Source: Octopus vulgaris
Taxonomy: Eukaryota
DNA: 64,000 nucleotides
Reading direction: 5' to 3'
Assembly (NCBI GenBank): GCA_951406725.2
Contig: OX597814.1
Location: 41,850,001-41,914,000 of the forward strand
The translations under genes were made by a program, and so were the position numbers. Shown in pieces: positions 29,160 to 41,630 of this stretch. Every line of letters starts with the position of its first letter. Position 1 is the first letter of the stretch. A model generated the notes under the pieces. The model saw nothing but the letters and a program-made list of their open reading frames with translations, was not told the DNA's origin and searched no databases.

Positions 29160-32100
29160 TGTGTATATTTCTTTCTAAACAATGTTTTTAGTTTTATTTC
29201 GCGACGGATAAGCAAAAATATTTACTGTTGTTCCCAGATGTGATGGTCCTACACAAAGGTGACCATGTGAAAAGCGTGGTTCTTCAAGTTGCAATCTAGC
29301 AACGGTTAGTATTTGGCTCTGACTTTTCTAATGCCCGTGGAAAAAGAAACTCAGATAGGAATCTGTAACCGCTTAAATTGGAATGTGACATTATATGGTT
29401 TGACTGGTATTCGAGGAATGAAGACAGTCTCACATTTACCACAACCACTGAGAACATTTGCCGCAATGCAGTTCCTCAAAAGTTTGCGTTCAATTAGTCT
29501 TATAACATTGCATAATTTTGGTTGAGACAAATTACGCAATAGCATAACAGGAGTGCCTCTTTTCAGCTGAAAACAGTGAGGAACGTTCTAATAAGTTCAA
29601 AAATTTGATGGTGTAGTTAACACTATCCTGATCACCAACATCACTGTCAACTGAGTTATAAGTAAATACTTCTCCGGAAGATTATTCAATAGCATGTTAT
29701 TAATGCTTTTTACAGCAATATACTTTCGAGCGAAGATAGTTCACTCATAGATCCACTCTGTATTGTTGTAATTATGAAGAAGATTCGGAAAGATCTCAGC
29801 CACTAAATCATCGACCGGATCAGCTGAATTACATATTGATTCAGTGTAAGAAAAACTTCTTCTTCAGTTGCAACTCTGCCTTCACGGACATTCAAAATCT
29901 GCTCTGCCAACTCTTCAGCTGATTGATCTTTTGAAAGCATCGATCTCATATTTATCGAAAGTTGAAGTGTTTTCACATGGTGCCATAACACAGAAGACTT
30001 TATTGAAGCATTGAGCTCATCCACTTTCCCTCCTCTTGGAACAACTGGTAGTTTTGTCAGACGTTTCTGACAATAATACTGCGACATTTCCCATCATGGA
30101 ATCACAATTTCTAATGTCTCGTAATGATCTGTCCACAGCTTCAGAAGCTTTTTGTAGTATATGGTACATTCGTCTCAGACAATTAATTGACATATTTGTA
30201 TTACTTCACAGATTTTTAGATATATTACAAACTGGATATTTTTTGTTAGATAAATCTAAAGGTAACTTGAAGCTTGAATGCGCACTCCGACTTCCGGGTA
30301 ATTATATTGGTGCAATCCCAGAAGTAGCTGAAGATAAATCTATTTTATTTTCTTGACAAAATTTAGCCAGGAGGAATTTAATTATAAATGTTTTCCCAGT
30401 ACCCCCTGGAGCATCTAAAAATTAAAGTCCTCCTATGTTGCTAATACTTTCTATATCAGTGGAATATGCACGACGTTGATCAGGTAGAAGTTTGCGATTA
30501 TCATTTATGTATACGATCAGTTCTTCCATATCATAGGAAATTTCCCTCCTTATTTCTATGGACTAACTGTTAAGATCCCTCCTATTAGTAAGTGGGAAAC
30601 CTAGATTTTCTATAGCTTCACCTCCCAACGAAATAATTTGATATTCTATTTTAATCAAAGCTGCATTGTGTATAGCATCAGTGAAACCAATATCTTGCTC
30701 AAAATTACTCAACTGAACTTGGTACTTGAAATCTTCAGCAAGTTCATTTCTGAAATTATTCCACAGTTCAACAGGATTACGCACTGCACAATATTTGAGA
30801 ATAATAGCAGAAATACCTCTTCAACACTTTGGTGCCATTGATAGTGAAGCTGCTTCACGTGTTGCTGATCCTTTGCGAGCAAACCTTACCACAAACAAGC
30901 TTCTCGATATGTTCTGCAAATCTCACCAACAACATCCTTTAAAAGTTCCCATGAAGTTGGTCCTCTTTTTACATGCATTCCTTTTCGTTTGGTAGTACAG
31001 TATATAAACTATTATCAACCATTGTACTAAACGTATCCCAGAATGACCTTGAAATTTTGTAACTATTTCGCGTCTATTCCATTTATTATTACGCCTTTTG
31101 TAATAAGAAGTAACATCGTGATATAGCAGTGATTTTGTAAAATGATACCCCGACAAAGATTGAATAAGGCTGCTCAAGTGGTATCCTTTGGATTTGAAAC
31201 TTCGTTTATAGCTATCTCAGCAGTGAAGTAAACCTTTGACCATTTTCTAAATGCACAGAAAGTTGTTGAAAGTTAAGGTGCATTTCATGGATGAGGAATC
31301 CAGATATGTGCCTTTAGGCCTCATTACTGCATTTGTATCTCCATCATTGGTATTGTTCAACTTCGTCGTTAGTGTTTTCTTGAATGACGAAAGAAGCAGC
31401 ATCACTGCCTTTATTTATCTATTTGCATGTATTTTTTATGCTCTTCATCGAGTTACAATACTCTGTATTGATATGAGAATTGAAAGACTTTGACAGAAAT
31501 GGGCAGTAAGGAATTATCCATCGATTGTTTACTTCCCGATTTCCAACTTTGCCTCGCTCTCCGCCATCTTCTGTTTCCCTTATTCTGTATGTGGGATATC
31601 CATCGCTACCAAATTGTGTGAAATAATTACGATTCTTTGGATATTTTTTGTGCATGTCATTTCCTTCATGCAGGTTGAGTGAGGGCTTTGAGCACCACAA
31701 TGATCATTATTTATGATGTCCCGTAAGTGAATGCAAGAACGAACCCGAAACACTTTTTCGTGAGTTCTTTCATAGGTGAGTCCTTATGATTCAATCTTTG
31801 CATACATGTCAACAACAAATTGTTGGAAATTTATCCCTGCTTCTATGCAATAAATTAAAACTGAAGGGTCTAAGCATGAGATGAAATGCATCAAAATCCA
31901 TACACGATACAGATTTTTTTCCAGAATTTCACCCTCCTGCAGTATTACCCAATAGTTCATTTAACCATTATCTACCACCACAGTAATAACATTGGTGAGA
32001 TATGAAACCAATTTCAGATTGATAGCAATGATTGAGGTTTTAAAAGCAGCAAGACTTCCTTGCTAACGTGACCTACCTTCGTTGTACCTGATTCAGTCAT

Positions 32101-32858
32101 TTTCACATCTATTTGCAGTTTCTTGTTGTGATTCTTGCATACGATGAGACGCTCTTCGAAGACAATATACTGCACGACGCGCATTTCTTTCGACTTCCTT
32201 TTCTGCTGCACATCCAGCTGCCATATTTTCTCTTTGCTATCTGCACGTCATGCATTTATTTGCTCTTCGTGTTCTGCTGCACATCGAGCTGACATTCTTT
32301 GTTTGCTATCTGCACATCGTGCGTTTCTTTGACCTTCATTTCCTGCGGCACGGCGAGCTGCCATTCCTTGAAGGCTATCTGCATGTCGTGCATTTCGTTG
32401 ATCATCGTTTTCCGCTGCACAACGAGCTGGCATTCTTTTGTTGGCTACCTGCGTGTCATGCATTTCTTTGAAGTTCTGTTTCAGACGCACGTTGTGCTTT
32501 CTTTAGTTCTAGATCATCTACAAACCGTGTGCGTCTCACATCTTCGTTTTCTATAACACGTCGTACATTTCTTTGATCTGTGTTTTCTGCTACACGTCGA
32601 GCACAATTCTTCCATGGCTATTTTCAAGTCGTCCATTACTTTGATCTTCGTTTTTGTTTTTGCTGCATATTGAGCTGCTATTCTTTATTGGCTATCTGCG
32701 AGTCGTACATTTCCTTGATGTTCGGTTTCAGATGCGTGTCAAGGTTCCTTTCTCTACCAATCATCAAAATGCTCTGTGCACCTCTCATCTTCCTTTTCTA
32801 CAGCACTTCGTGAGTTCTTTTGGTGTTCGATATTTGCTACTCTGTTTTTAGGAGACAT
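29160..32858 (-). pseudogene. degenerate Helitron Rep/PIF1-helicase gene
   Basis: Walker A FLDAPGGTGKTFIINFLLAK (~30360-30422); GTPVMLLRNLSQPKLCN; VFIPRIP; FQFKRLQ; FSHG; KTKNIV. Rep-region peptides DGYPTYR, WIIPYCPFLSKSFNSHINTEYCNSMKSIK and FQQFVVDMYAKIE. Putative start MSPKNR at 32858. Many stops and frameshifts. Confidence 0.93.
32140..32800 (-). repeat. degenerate ~69-nt (23-aa) coding tandem repeat at the Helitron N-terminus
   Basis: QRNARHADSLQGMAARRAAGNEG / QRNARCADSKQRMSARCAAEHEE units in ORF 32248..32490, with related units on either side. Confidence 0.75.
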
Positions 32859-33295
32859 GTTTTTGAATATCAGTATGTAATAGTCAAATGAAATAACAAA
32901 TGCTGTGTCCTGTTAATGTTAGCACTGAATTTCCGACGCTGCATACATGAATGCAAGGCAAGGTGTTGAGTGATAGAGAAGTTTAATTGTAGTAATCGGT
33001 AGTTAAAGCGAAGCAGATCTGCAAGTCGAAATGCAACTTGTTGATGTGAATTGTCTTTTTTGTGGGTGTAACGATGATTATCGTCTCTCTGTCAAGTTGT
33101 CTGTGTGTATATGTCGTGCGTCTCGCGTTGCTGTCAAATTCTCTCTTCCTATCACAAAGAAGTTTGTATTTTTATAACTGTGCGGTGGCACTGAAAGGGC
33201 CACAGGTCAACTGGAACACCCAATTCACAGTTCCTTTTGACGGACAAAGAAACAAACCAGTACGCAGAAATTCAATCAAATACATATCACAGATT

Positions 33296-33346
33296 TTTGT
33301 CAGTGAACAGGTCGCGATCTTAAAGCGACGAAAATATTTTGACGAA
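33296..33346 (+). ncRNA. type I hammerhead ribozyme variant with G3:C8 core
   Basis: Stem I TTTGTCA/TGACGAA (7 bp); core GTGAACA; extra G; stem II GTCGC/GCGAC; GAAA; palindromic stem III AATATT; predicted UUU cleavage triplet ending at 33339. Confidence 0.65.
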
Positions 33347-33425
33347 TTAAATTTAAATGTTGAAGTGAATCGAATGGCTTTTGTGTGTTTCTTAAATGGC
33401 TTACAAACACCTTCCACGCTGCAAT

Positions 33426-33464
<39 letters not shown>

Positions 33465-33560
33465 TATGTATATATGTATATATGTATATATGTATATATA
33501 CGTGTGTATGTATATGCATACATACATACATACATACATATATATGTATATATAGGTAGG

Positions 33561-33599
<39 letters not shown>

Positions 33600-34244
33600 A
33601 TGTGTGTGTGTGTGTGTTTCTGTGTGTGTAATGTTAGATGGACAAATCTAAAGAAACAGGTACTTAACGCATTTATTAATATCTGTTTTGTCAGAAGTGG
33701 GATCGAAATTCCGGCCACAGCTGCTGCATTAAAATGCAGAATTTCTTTGATCGCGAGGCTGTTGAGGCAGGTGGCGTGGGGCTTGCGATCTGACAGGCTC
33801 TGGAAGGGAATTATGGTTGAGGGAGTGTGGAGTGTTTATGTAGCGTAGATGCATGAGTACACAAATGTGGGTGTGTGATGTCTATGCATATATATATATA
33901 TATATACTGCTATACGTGTGGCTTTGCAAACTGGCCTATAGATTCAGCTCGCTGGTTCGTAAGCACATGTTTTTTAGGGTGTGTGTACGTATGGGTGCGT
34001 ATCAGCTTGATACGATCTCACTTTTAATAACGTTATTTGACTTGCGGTGAGCAAAAGCAGTCTAATTTCTGGTAGCCATCTCTCCAAGATCTTGGTTTCT
34101 GTAAAATCCTACAAGACCTAACGTCATACGTGTCCGTGGCAAACTATTTAAAATTACAGTAACAGCAACAAAACCACCAATAACAATAACAACAGCAGCA
34201 ACAAGAACAAGAACAAGAACAAGAACAAGAACAACAACAATAAC

Positions 34245-34299
<55 letters not shown>

Positions 34300-34302
<3 letters not shown>

Positions 34303-34850
34303 TAAGATTGGATGACTAGAGGGAGGACAATACTCATTTTCGAAAACAAGAGCAAATATTGACCAATCACTTGCTTACCATTAGTGCTCAAGCTGCTAAT
34401 AGGAATGTTCTTAGAACATTTACAAGCACCTTGACAACCAAAATGTATTACTAGAACAACAGAAAAGGTTGCAGAAAGAAGGCTAGAGAAACGCATGATC
34501 TATTATGCATACACAAAGCAGTTCTAAATGAAGGAAAAGCTAGAAAGAAGAATCTAACAATAGCAAGGACAGATTATAGGAAGGTCTATGACATGATCCC
34601 ACACTGATGAATGTTTGAGTATATTCAGTATATAAGAGAATTAATTAGCTTTAGTGTGAAGAAATGGAAAGGAGATATCTACTCAGGTGACACACTCTTA
34701 AGGAATATCAAAAGAGAATTTTCCAGGGGGACACGTATCCTGTAATATTTGTCTTAATGTTTGATCGCCCTCAGTTTAATATTGAGGACAACAAAGGCAG
34801 TGCATCAGTTCAGCAATTGTAATAGAAACATTAACCATATCCTCAGGCAT
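34300..34850 (+). pseudogene. R4/Dong-like (RLE-clade) LINE reverse transcriptase fragment
   Basis: WMTRGRTILI, PITCLPLVLKLL, EQQK(G)CRKKARETHDLL, KARKKNLTIARTDYRKVYDMIPH and IFQGD across frameshifts; begins directly after (TAA)n. Confidence 0.85.
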
Positions 34851-35343
34851 CTATTAATACTACTTCTACTTCTATACATATATACAGATATATATCACCC
34901 TATCTGTGTATGTTTTTGTGCTTGTGTGTTCGTGTATGTGTGTGTGTGTGCGTGTGTGTGTGTGTATGTATGTATGTATGACGAGGGACCGAATGGGTTG
35001 TAAAGAAACAGAGAGAACAACACTGCACAAAAATTACTAAAATATATATCATTTGACACAGACCAAGATATAGTCATACATTGGCAATAACAGAAGTGGA
35101 TCAGTGTAACTAAGATTGTTCTATGCTCTGTAATGATAGCCCCAGAATATTCATATTTTTGCATTTATATGAAAGTACTTCAAAAATAATTTGAGGCTAT
35201 GATTGAATATTTCCATTTGCCTATGCATACATAGCCATTTACAAAAATATCTTTCAAGAGGGTATTCAGTAATTTTGCAGACATTCTTATTTAAGCGGAG
35301 AAATATTACATACGAGAATTCACTAGCGCACGTATAAAATAAA

Positions 35344-37688
35344 CTAGCAGGCATACCCGGTGTTGCTCGGGATTAAAAGGGAATAGTTTGTATATATATA
35401 TATACAGATCATATGGGAAAGTGCAGCATTGACAGTAAACCATATGTGGATAAATGATGGTTAAATTCGACTGAATGACATATGCGTCCGTTTGGAGTAT
35501 TCCAGGCCCTAACATGTCATGGAAAAGTTAGGTGATTTTGGAACGCAGCAAAAATCTGCCATGGGATATAATCTCTTTTGCAGCAGTCAGCGCTGCGTCT
35601 AACGTCCCATCGTCTGAAACTTTAACATCTTGTTTGGGTTTCTTGTCCTACATCAATCATATAGTAAATTTGGAGGAACTGTAGTTGTTTATTTGTGGGT
35701 AACAGGAAACCAATGGTGTGACAGTCTTGCCCTTGAACATTGAAGTCGGCGTAAATTCATGTTTAGCTATCTACTTAGATGCAGTAAATGATGTCAATTG
35801 AAATGAAGAGTAGTATTGTCCGATAGTGTTCAGAATATCCTTTGACTGGATGGAAGTGCCTTCTAGAAGATCCATAAGAGGTTGAGGAGGAGCTGGTAGT
35901 GTTAGCAATCTTACCTGTCCGCCTGAGCAGCACATGCTATTTCTTTCATTTGAAAATTTTAATGCTCTACAGAAACGACAATTTGTGTTTAGCACACCAA
36001 TTTGGACAGATTCATCATTTTTATAAGAATGGACTGGATCATATCTAAAAGCAACTCCAGGATTTATGAAGAACGATTTTGTACGAAGTATTTTTTTGAG
36101 AGTTATCCATTGAACTTCTGTCTATTCATTAAAATATTGATTAAATGATACAGCATTAAGTGCATTAGCATGCATTTTCTGATCTTGGGAACGTCTCATT
36201 TCACCTTCTCTCTTGAGACTCAGATGAACTGGAAAAAGTATCATCTCAATTTATCACGTCAGATATCATTTGACGTGCTGCAACATGCTTTTGCTGACCT
36301 TGGGAAAGTCTTATCTCCAGTAAGGAACCGTTTACGCGTCATTTCAACTTCATGTTAATTTAAGTGTTAATATGTAACTGTGTAAAAAAAAACTTGCAAC
36401 ATTACAACAGGTGCGATGATTATGAACCAGTCATTGACTAGTAAATATGTAAATTCGAATCAAAAGTGAAACATTTATATGGACTGATTAGGCTGGTATT
36501 TCTAGCACGTCCTGCTACCACTGAATAGGTATTTGCGATAAAGCACATGCCATTATCGCAAATAGCTGTTACATGGTAGCAGCGCGTGCTAGAAATAGCA
36601 TTCAAATCTTTTATTTTCTCTAGAACGGAACCGTCTATGTGGTGGGGACCTTGGACTTTCGGGAGAAAATTCGAGTTCCCCCACCACAATCCTCTCTTTG
36701 TTTCCCAAGAAAAATAGTTTTGTGGCATATTAGGAGTTCAAGGTACTTCCACGCAAAAAAATATTTTGTTTTTTCTTTAGTGAAACGCTTGCGGGTGCAT
36801 TTATCAAAATTTATTCAATTTACGAATGAAAAGGGCTACGTACCGAATTCAGCATAATGAATGAATGGGTTTTACTTGATTAGTATTGCTATGTAACGAC
36901 ATTGTCATCAATTATATTAGTTTTTGAAATAAATTGATGTGAATGACTCCATAAAATAAGACGATTGGAGTTAGATTCTGTCCAGCTGGACAGAGGTTGT
37001 TGAATGGGAAACGACCGTACAACATACAGGGTGTTCGGGAATGAACGATGGAAGCACAATATCAAATGTTAAGGTAAGGGTTAATACATCGGTTTGTTTT
37101 TGTAAACTCTAGTTAACTTGAAAAGGTTACAGATGAAGCGAAAACGCATCAGTCAAACGTGACAAAACCATGCGTTAAATGTAACGAAGTGTCATCTTAC
37201 ATTGTTCTATGACAGAACGATGAAGTTATTTACTTGACTGAAAATGTGTGAACCTGTTTCGAATCACAAACAAAACGAATGTTAATTTAAGAACGACACG
37301 CTGCTATCGTAAATAACTGTTACGTGGTAGCAAGGCGTGCTAGAAATAGCAGCAAAATATTTCACTTTCTTTGGAAAAGTGCTGTTTACGCGTCATTCCC
37401 ATGTAATGTTAAATTAAGTGTTAATATGAAACTTTAAATATGCAATGAAAGTGAAACATAGATGTTATTCTTTCACTCTTGACCTGTAATAGCGAACCAG
37501 TGTAAAAAAATTGCTCCGGGCCGCATTAGGCAAGACGTTGAAAACGTTTTGGGTCCGGAACACTCCATGGACCGTATGGAATGTATGTGTAAAATTTGAA
37601 TGAAATCGGTTGTGTAGTTCTCGAGTTTTAGTGATTCACACAGACAGACTCGTGGACAGACACATATTCTCAGTTTGATATATTAAGA
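35344..37688 (-). mobile_element. internally deleted Helitron (2345 bp)
   Basis: 5' A|TCTTAATATATCAAA...GTCTGTCTGT...AACCGATTTCATTCAAATTT at 37688. 3' CCCGAGCAACACCGGG hairpin plus CTAG|T at 35344. Contains a Helitron N-terminal coding remnant. Confidence 0.88.
35650..36060 (-). pseudogene. Helitron N-terminal Cys-rich (zinc-finger-like) region remnant
   Basis: CRFCRALKFSNERNSMCCSGGQVRL...PPQPLMDLLEG...YYSSFQLTSF, then FNVQGQDCHTIGFLLP and QFLQIYY. Confidence 0.88.
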
Positions 37689-38803
37689 TATATGTATAAG
37701 TGTGTGAGTGCCTGTGTGTGTGTTTGTGCGTGTGTTTGTGCGTGTGTTTATGCGTGTGTTTGTGTGTGTGTGTGTGTTTGTGCGTGTGCCTGTGTGTACA
37801 TTGAGAAGTGGATAAAGCGATACGTTGATATATGTTTATCTATCTATATATCATGTATGCATATATATATATACATGTAAGATATATATATATATATATA
37901 TACATATATATATGTGTGTATGTATATATGAACACACACGCATACATACTTACATACATACATAACACGTGTGTGTATATATATATATATATACAAGGCG
38001 ACAAACAATTTTCTTTCTTATCTGGATGACGGCCGGGAATAAAAGAGCAACTAATGCTCTTCTCATTCAAAAGTTATTATCTGACCTACAAACGCAATGT
38101 AATATGTATCACAATGTAATGCATATAAACAACAGAAATTAGACATATTTGGGAGATAACATATGAAGGTTATTTTAACTTCCATGTATTAGAACCTTTC
38201 ATGATTTATGGAGAGTTGTATATCAATTGATGTGACATTCAACGCTTGTAAAACTTGCAAGAACGCCTAGATGACAAACTGGATATATAATTTGTGATTC
38301 ACCGATTAATTATCTGATCTGGAAAACCATCTATGCGGACGATAATTTGTAAGTTTATAATTAGGCTAATTGCACGTCTGTTAATATCTATATAGAATTT
38401 GTACGTATAAATATAAATAATCATAAATCGAGTTTTCAATTGTTGCATAGTGAATGCTATTTTTCTCTGACGACGTTGGACTTGCGCAAATTGATAACTG
38501 CAGTTTTGATGACTTTTTATATCTCGTCGTAAATTATTTAACTAAAGAAATGCTACATCGGTGACTTTCGTTTGATTGTCTTGGGGGATTTATGATTACA
38601 ATATCTTTACCTCATGTATTCATGTGAATAGGATAATGTTGATACATGTCTGGAAGTACGTCTCAGAATTGATATTTAAAATACGTGTGAGTGTGCGTAT
38701 GTGTGAGTGTGTGCGTGCGTGATGTGTGTGTATTCAAGCACGCAGTCCCACTCACACAAGCGCAGAGAAAAATATGTATGTGTCTATATAATTTTATGTA
38801 TGA

Positions 38804-38851
<48 letters not shown>

Positions 38852-39399
38852 TCTATATTTGGTGTTGATGCCTTGCTAATTGAGATAAAATAACTATTGA
38901 GTCCTTCCAGAATTTTTGAGTCGTATCAACATTCTATAGCAATCGACATAAACATTTTAAAACATGATTACGGATTTTTATTTAAAATATGACAAATATT
39001 GTTTTCCTTCTTTTCAAGCTAAAGTTATATCACATACAAAGCAACAATAATGTATATGATTACACAGTGGTAATTATTTTTTCTATTCAAATGTAGCTAG
39101 CTTTATACAGGTTCCGTTGACAATATTGTCAATTCGATATATTTTTGGCCAAATAGCTGGTGAATAAGAGACTAACACAATAATTCATTTTTTCTATACT
39201 ATATAACAAGAACCTCTATGTAGCATTGACGAGAAGCTGCCGGCATGTCTACAAACATACATATATAGTTACATAGGTACGAACGTTTGTATGTATGTAG
39301 ATTGTTTCTATATACCATATAAAGAAAGGAGATAGAGAAACCCTTGGAGAACCAAGACGCAGCGGAAAGAATAGATTATCATATTACTGTGTAGTATAT

Positions 39400-39890
39400 C
39401 GGATATGTGATTAGCAGCCGCACAAATATGATATCAAGGTACTATCTCCTGAAGTCACACGACGTTGTCGCAAATGCAGTATTTAATGCCATTTGGAAAG
39501 AAGAACTGTCTTGGAATGAATTTAGAGAATCCCCCTGTTATTGAATACGTATACACATATCAACACAAGGAATACTAGTGAAAATTGTTGTTTGTGGTAG
39601 AGAAGAAAATGTATGTGCCACGGAAGAAATTACTTGTCCTCTTGATGTAAAATATCTTTTGGAAAATCAATGCGAAGGTGGATACATATGGACATCTGCT
39701 TAGAAAACTCCAGCTTCTCTATCAGAATTCACACATCCACTAATGCTAATTCATTTCGTTTTACGAGTAAATGACAAAGTGTCAATCTGATTAGCCAAGG
39801 TTTTCAGAAAAAAGAAATCAACCAACTCACTCGCACATTACAGATACATTCTGTAAAGAGAATAGTAAAAATATGCAAGACATTTAATCT
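39400..39890 (+). pseudogene. RLE-type LINE C-terminal fragment (zinc knuckle/endonuclease), copy 1
   Basis: VISSRTNMISRYYLLKSHDVVANAVFNAI, EEITCPLDV, YGHLLRKLQLLY, LQIHSVKRIVKICKTF. Confidence 0.7.
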
Positions 39891-39969
39891 TCTTTGTGTC
39901 ACCTACATTTCAACAATGTAATTTTGTATTTTTGTTGGAAACTAACTCCTTCTTCAGAGGACAAATTTA

Positions 39970-40215
39970 TATAACTGAAATCAGAAGAGATCATAGATAC
40001 ATATATGAGAAACCTGCAGTTGCTCTCTCCGGGTTTGAAAGTTCAGGTTTATACCTGTAATTATTTGGGCCTGAGGTATCTAACACATTGCCCAAATATC
40101 AATCTTGAGAAATTAGGCTTCTCTAAACCAGAATGGAGAAAGCTAATTCAAAGACTACAGATCCAATCCTTCATTAGAACTGTAAAATCTGTAAAACTTT
40201 CCCGAAGTCTATCAT
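39970..40215 (+). pseudogene. RLE-type LINE 3' end fragment, copy 2
   Basis: MRNLQLLSPG, FRFIPVII, NLEKLGFSKPEWRKLIQRLQIQS and KICKTF across frameshifts; paralogous to 39690-39890. Confidence 0.75.
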
Positions 40216-40979
40216 TTAGATATATATAAGGATGTCTAGATATGCAAATATATGCATGAGAAAAAATACGTAAAACAAAACATACAAAATCTGCACATAT
40301 ACAGACATATATACATACATATATACAATATCCCCTGTTGTTGATGTTGAAATTCCAATGAAGGAGCCTTGGAATTTGGTTAGAAACCAATTCTTCCTCT
40401 ATTGGGACGAAACCATGAAACTGAATAATGACATGAATAATGAATAATGACATACATACACATACATACATGCTTACATAATACTTGCATATAAAAATAC
40501 ATAGACCTCATACAAATATATATACATACCTACTTACATACCTATATATATATATATATGTCGTGTGTATATGATTGTGACCGTTTCAGCGGTCCATGAG
40601 CGCTACTTTTATCAGGAAAACCAAATCATTGAGGGGAGTTGATAAATGACCACCACGATAAAAATTGTACAGATCAAAGAGTGTGTTAATAAATGTAATA
40701 GAGATTTAACAAACTGTTATCCAGCTTTTAGAGAGGCATATACTCGCTAGCTTTAAAACCCGAGAAGTATGGATCTACTAAACTTCCGTACAGTGTCATT
40801 TATCGGTTTCTCGAAAACTGTAGCGGCAACCCTCTACAAGCCTCAGCTAATATCCTCTGTGAAATAATATACTATAATCCTCTGTGTTTTGTGTGACATG
40901 AGAATCATCTAAATAAATTTGTGTGTATATGTGTGTGAGCATGTGTGTGTGTGCGTGTGATAATATTAAGAATATTTCT

Positions 40980-41112
40980 TCCCGCCAAGGATGAAATTGC
41001 CTGTCATCCTTCTAGGGTCGATAAATTAAGTACCAGCTTGTTAGTGGGGTCGATCCAGTCGACTGGCTCTTTCCCCGAAAAATTTCGGCCTTGTACCTAG
41101 CATAGAAAAGTG
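40980..41112 (+). mobile_element. 5'-truncated SINE family A with 16-bp TSD
   Basis: GCCTGTCATCCTTCTAGGGTCGATAAATTAAGTACCAG core; TATTAAGAATATTTCT at 40964-40979 and 41113-41128. Confidence 0.85.
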
Positions 41113-41374
41113 TATTAAGAATATTTCTAATTTAAAACTAGGCTCATAATTTTTGATCGAATCAAACATAAGCATGAATAGATGTATAGCTGCGAGTAGT
41201 ACAAAGATATATGATATGTAGATTATTTCAATTTCAGATACATTACAGCAGCCCGATGACAGTTATGTCATACATATGAGACAGTGATCCATTTCTGCAG
41301 CTGAGTATATTGCTAGCATTTACAGGGCATTCAGAAATTGTTAGACAAATATAAGATATCTATATTGAACTAGA

Positions 41375-41630
41375 GTGGAGGCGCATGGCCTAGTGCTTAG
41401 AGCAGCGGACTAGCGGTTGAGGGATCGCGGGTTCGAATCTCAGACTGGGCGATGTGTGTGTTTATGAACGAAACACCTAAGGTCCACGCGTCTCCGGCAG
41501 AAGGTTAATGACGAACTTCTGCTGACTTTCGCCACAACTTTCGCTCACTCTTTCCTCTTGCATCTTGCAACTCACCTGCGACGGACCGGCGTCTCGTCCA
41601 CGTGGGGAACGTATAAGCCAAACTAATGTA
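41375..41630 (+). mobile_element. tRNA-derived SINE family D
   Basis: A-box TGGCCTAGTGC and B-box GGTTCGAATC; homologous to 58520-58832. Confidence 0.8.

Noticed and set aside
40354-40394. CCAATGA...GAAAC hammerhead-like spacing after the LINE 3' end
   Set aside because: Two core mismatches and no convincing stem I or III.
41375-41450. tRNA gene
   Set aside because: A and B boxes are present, but there is no full cloverleaf and the sequence continues into a repeated body; it is a SINE head, as at 58520.
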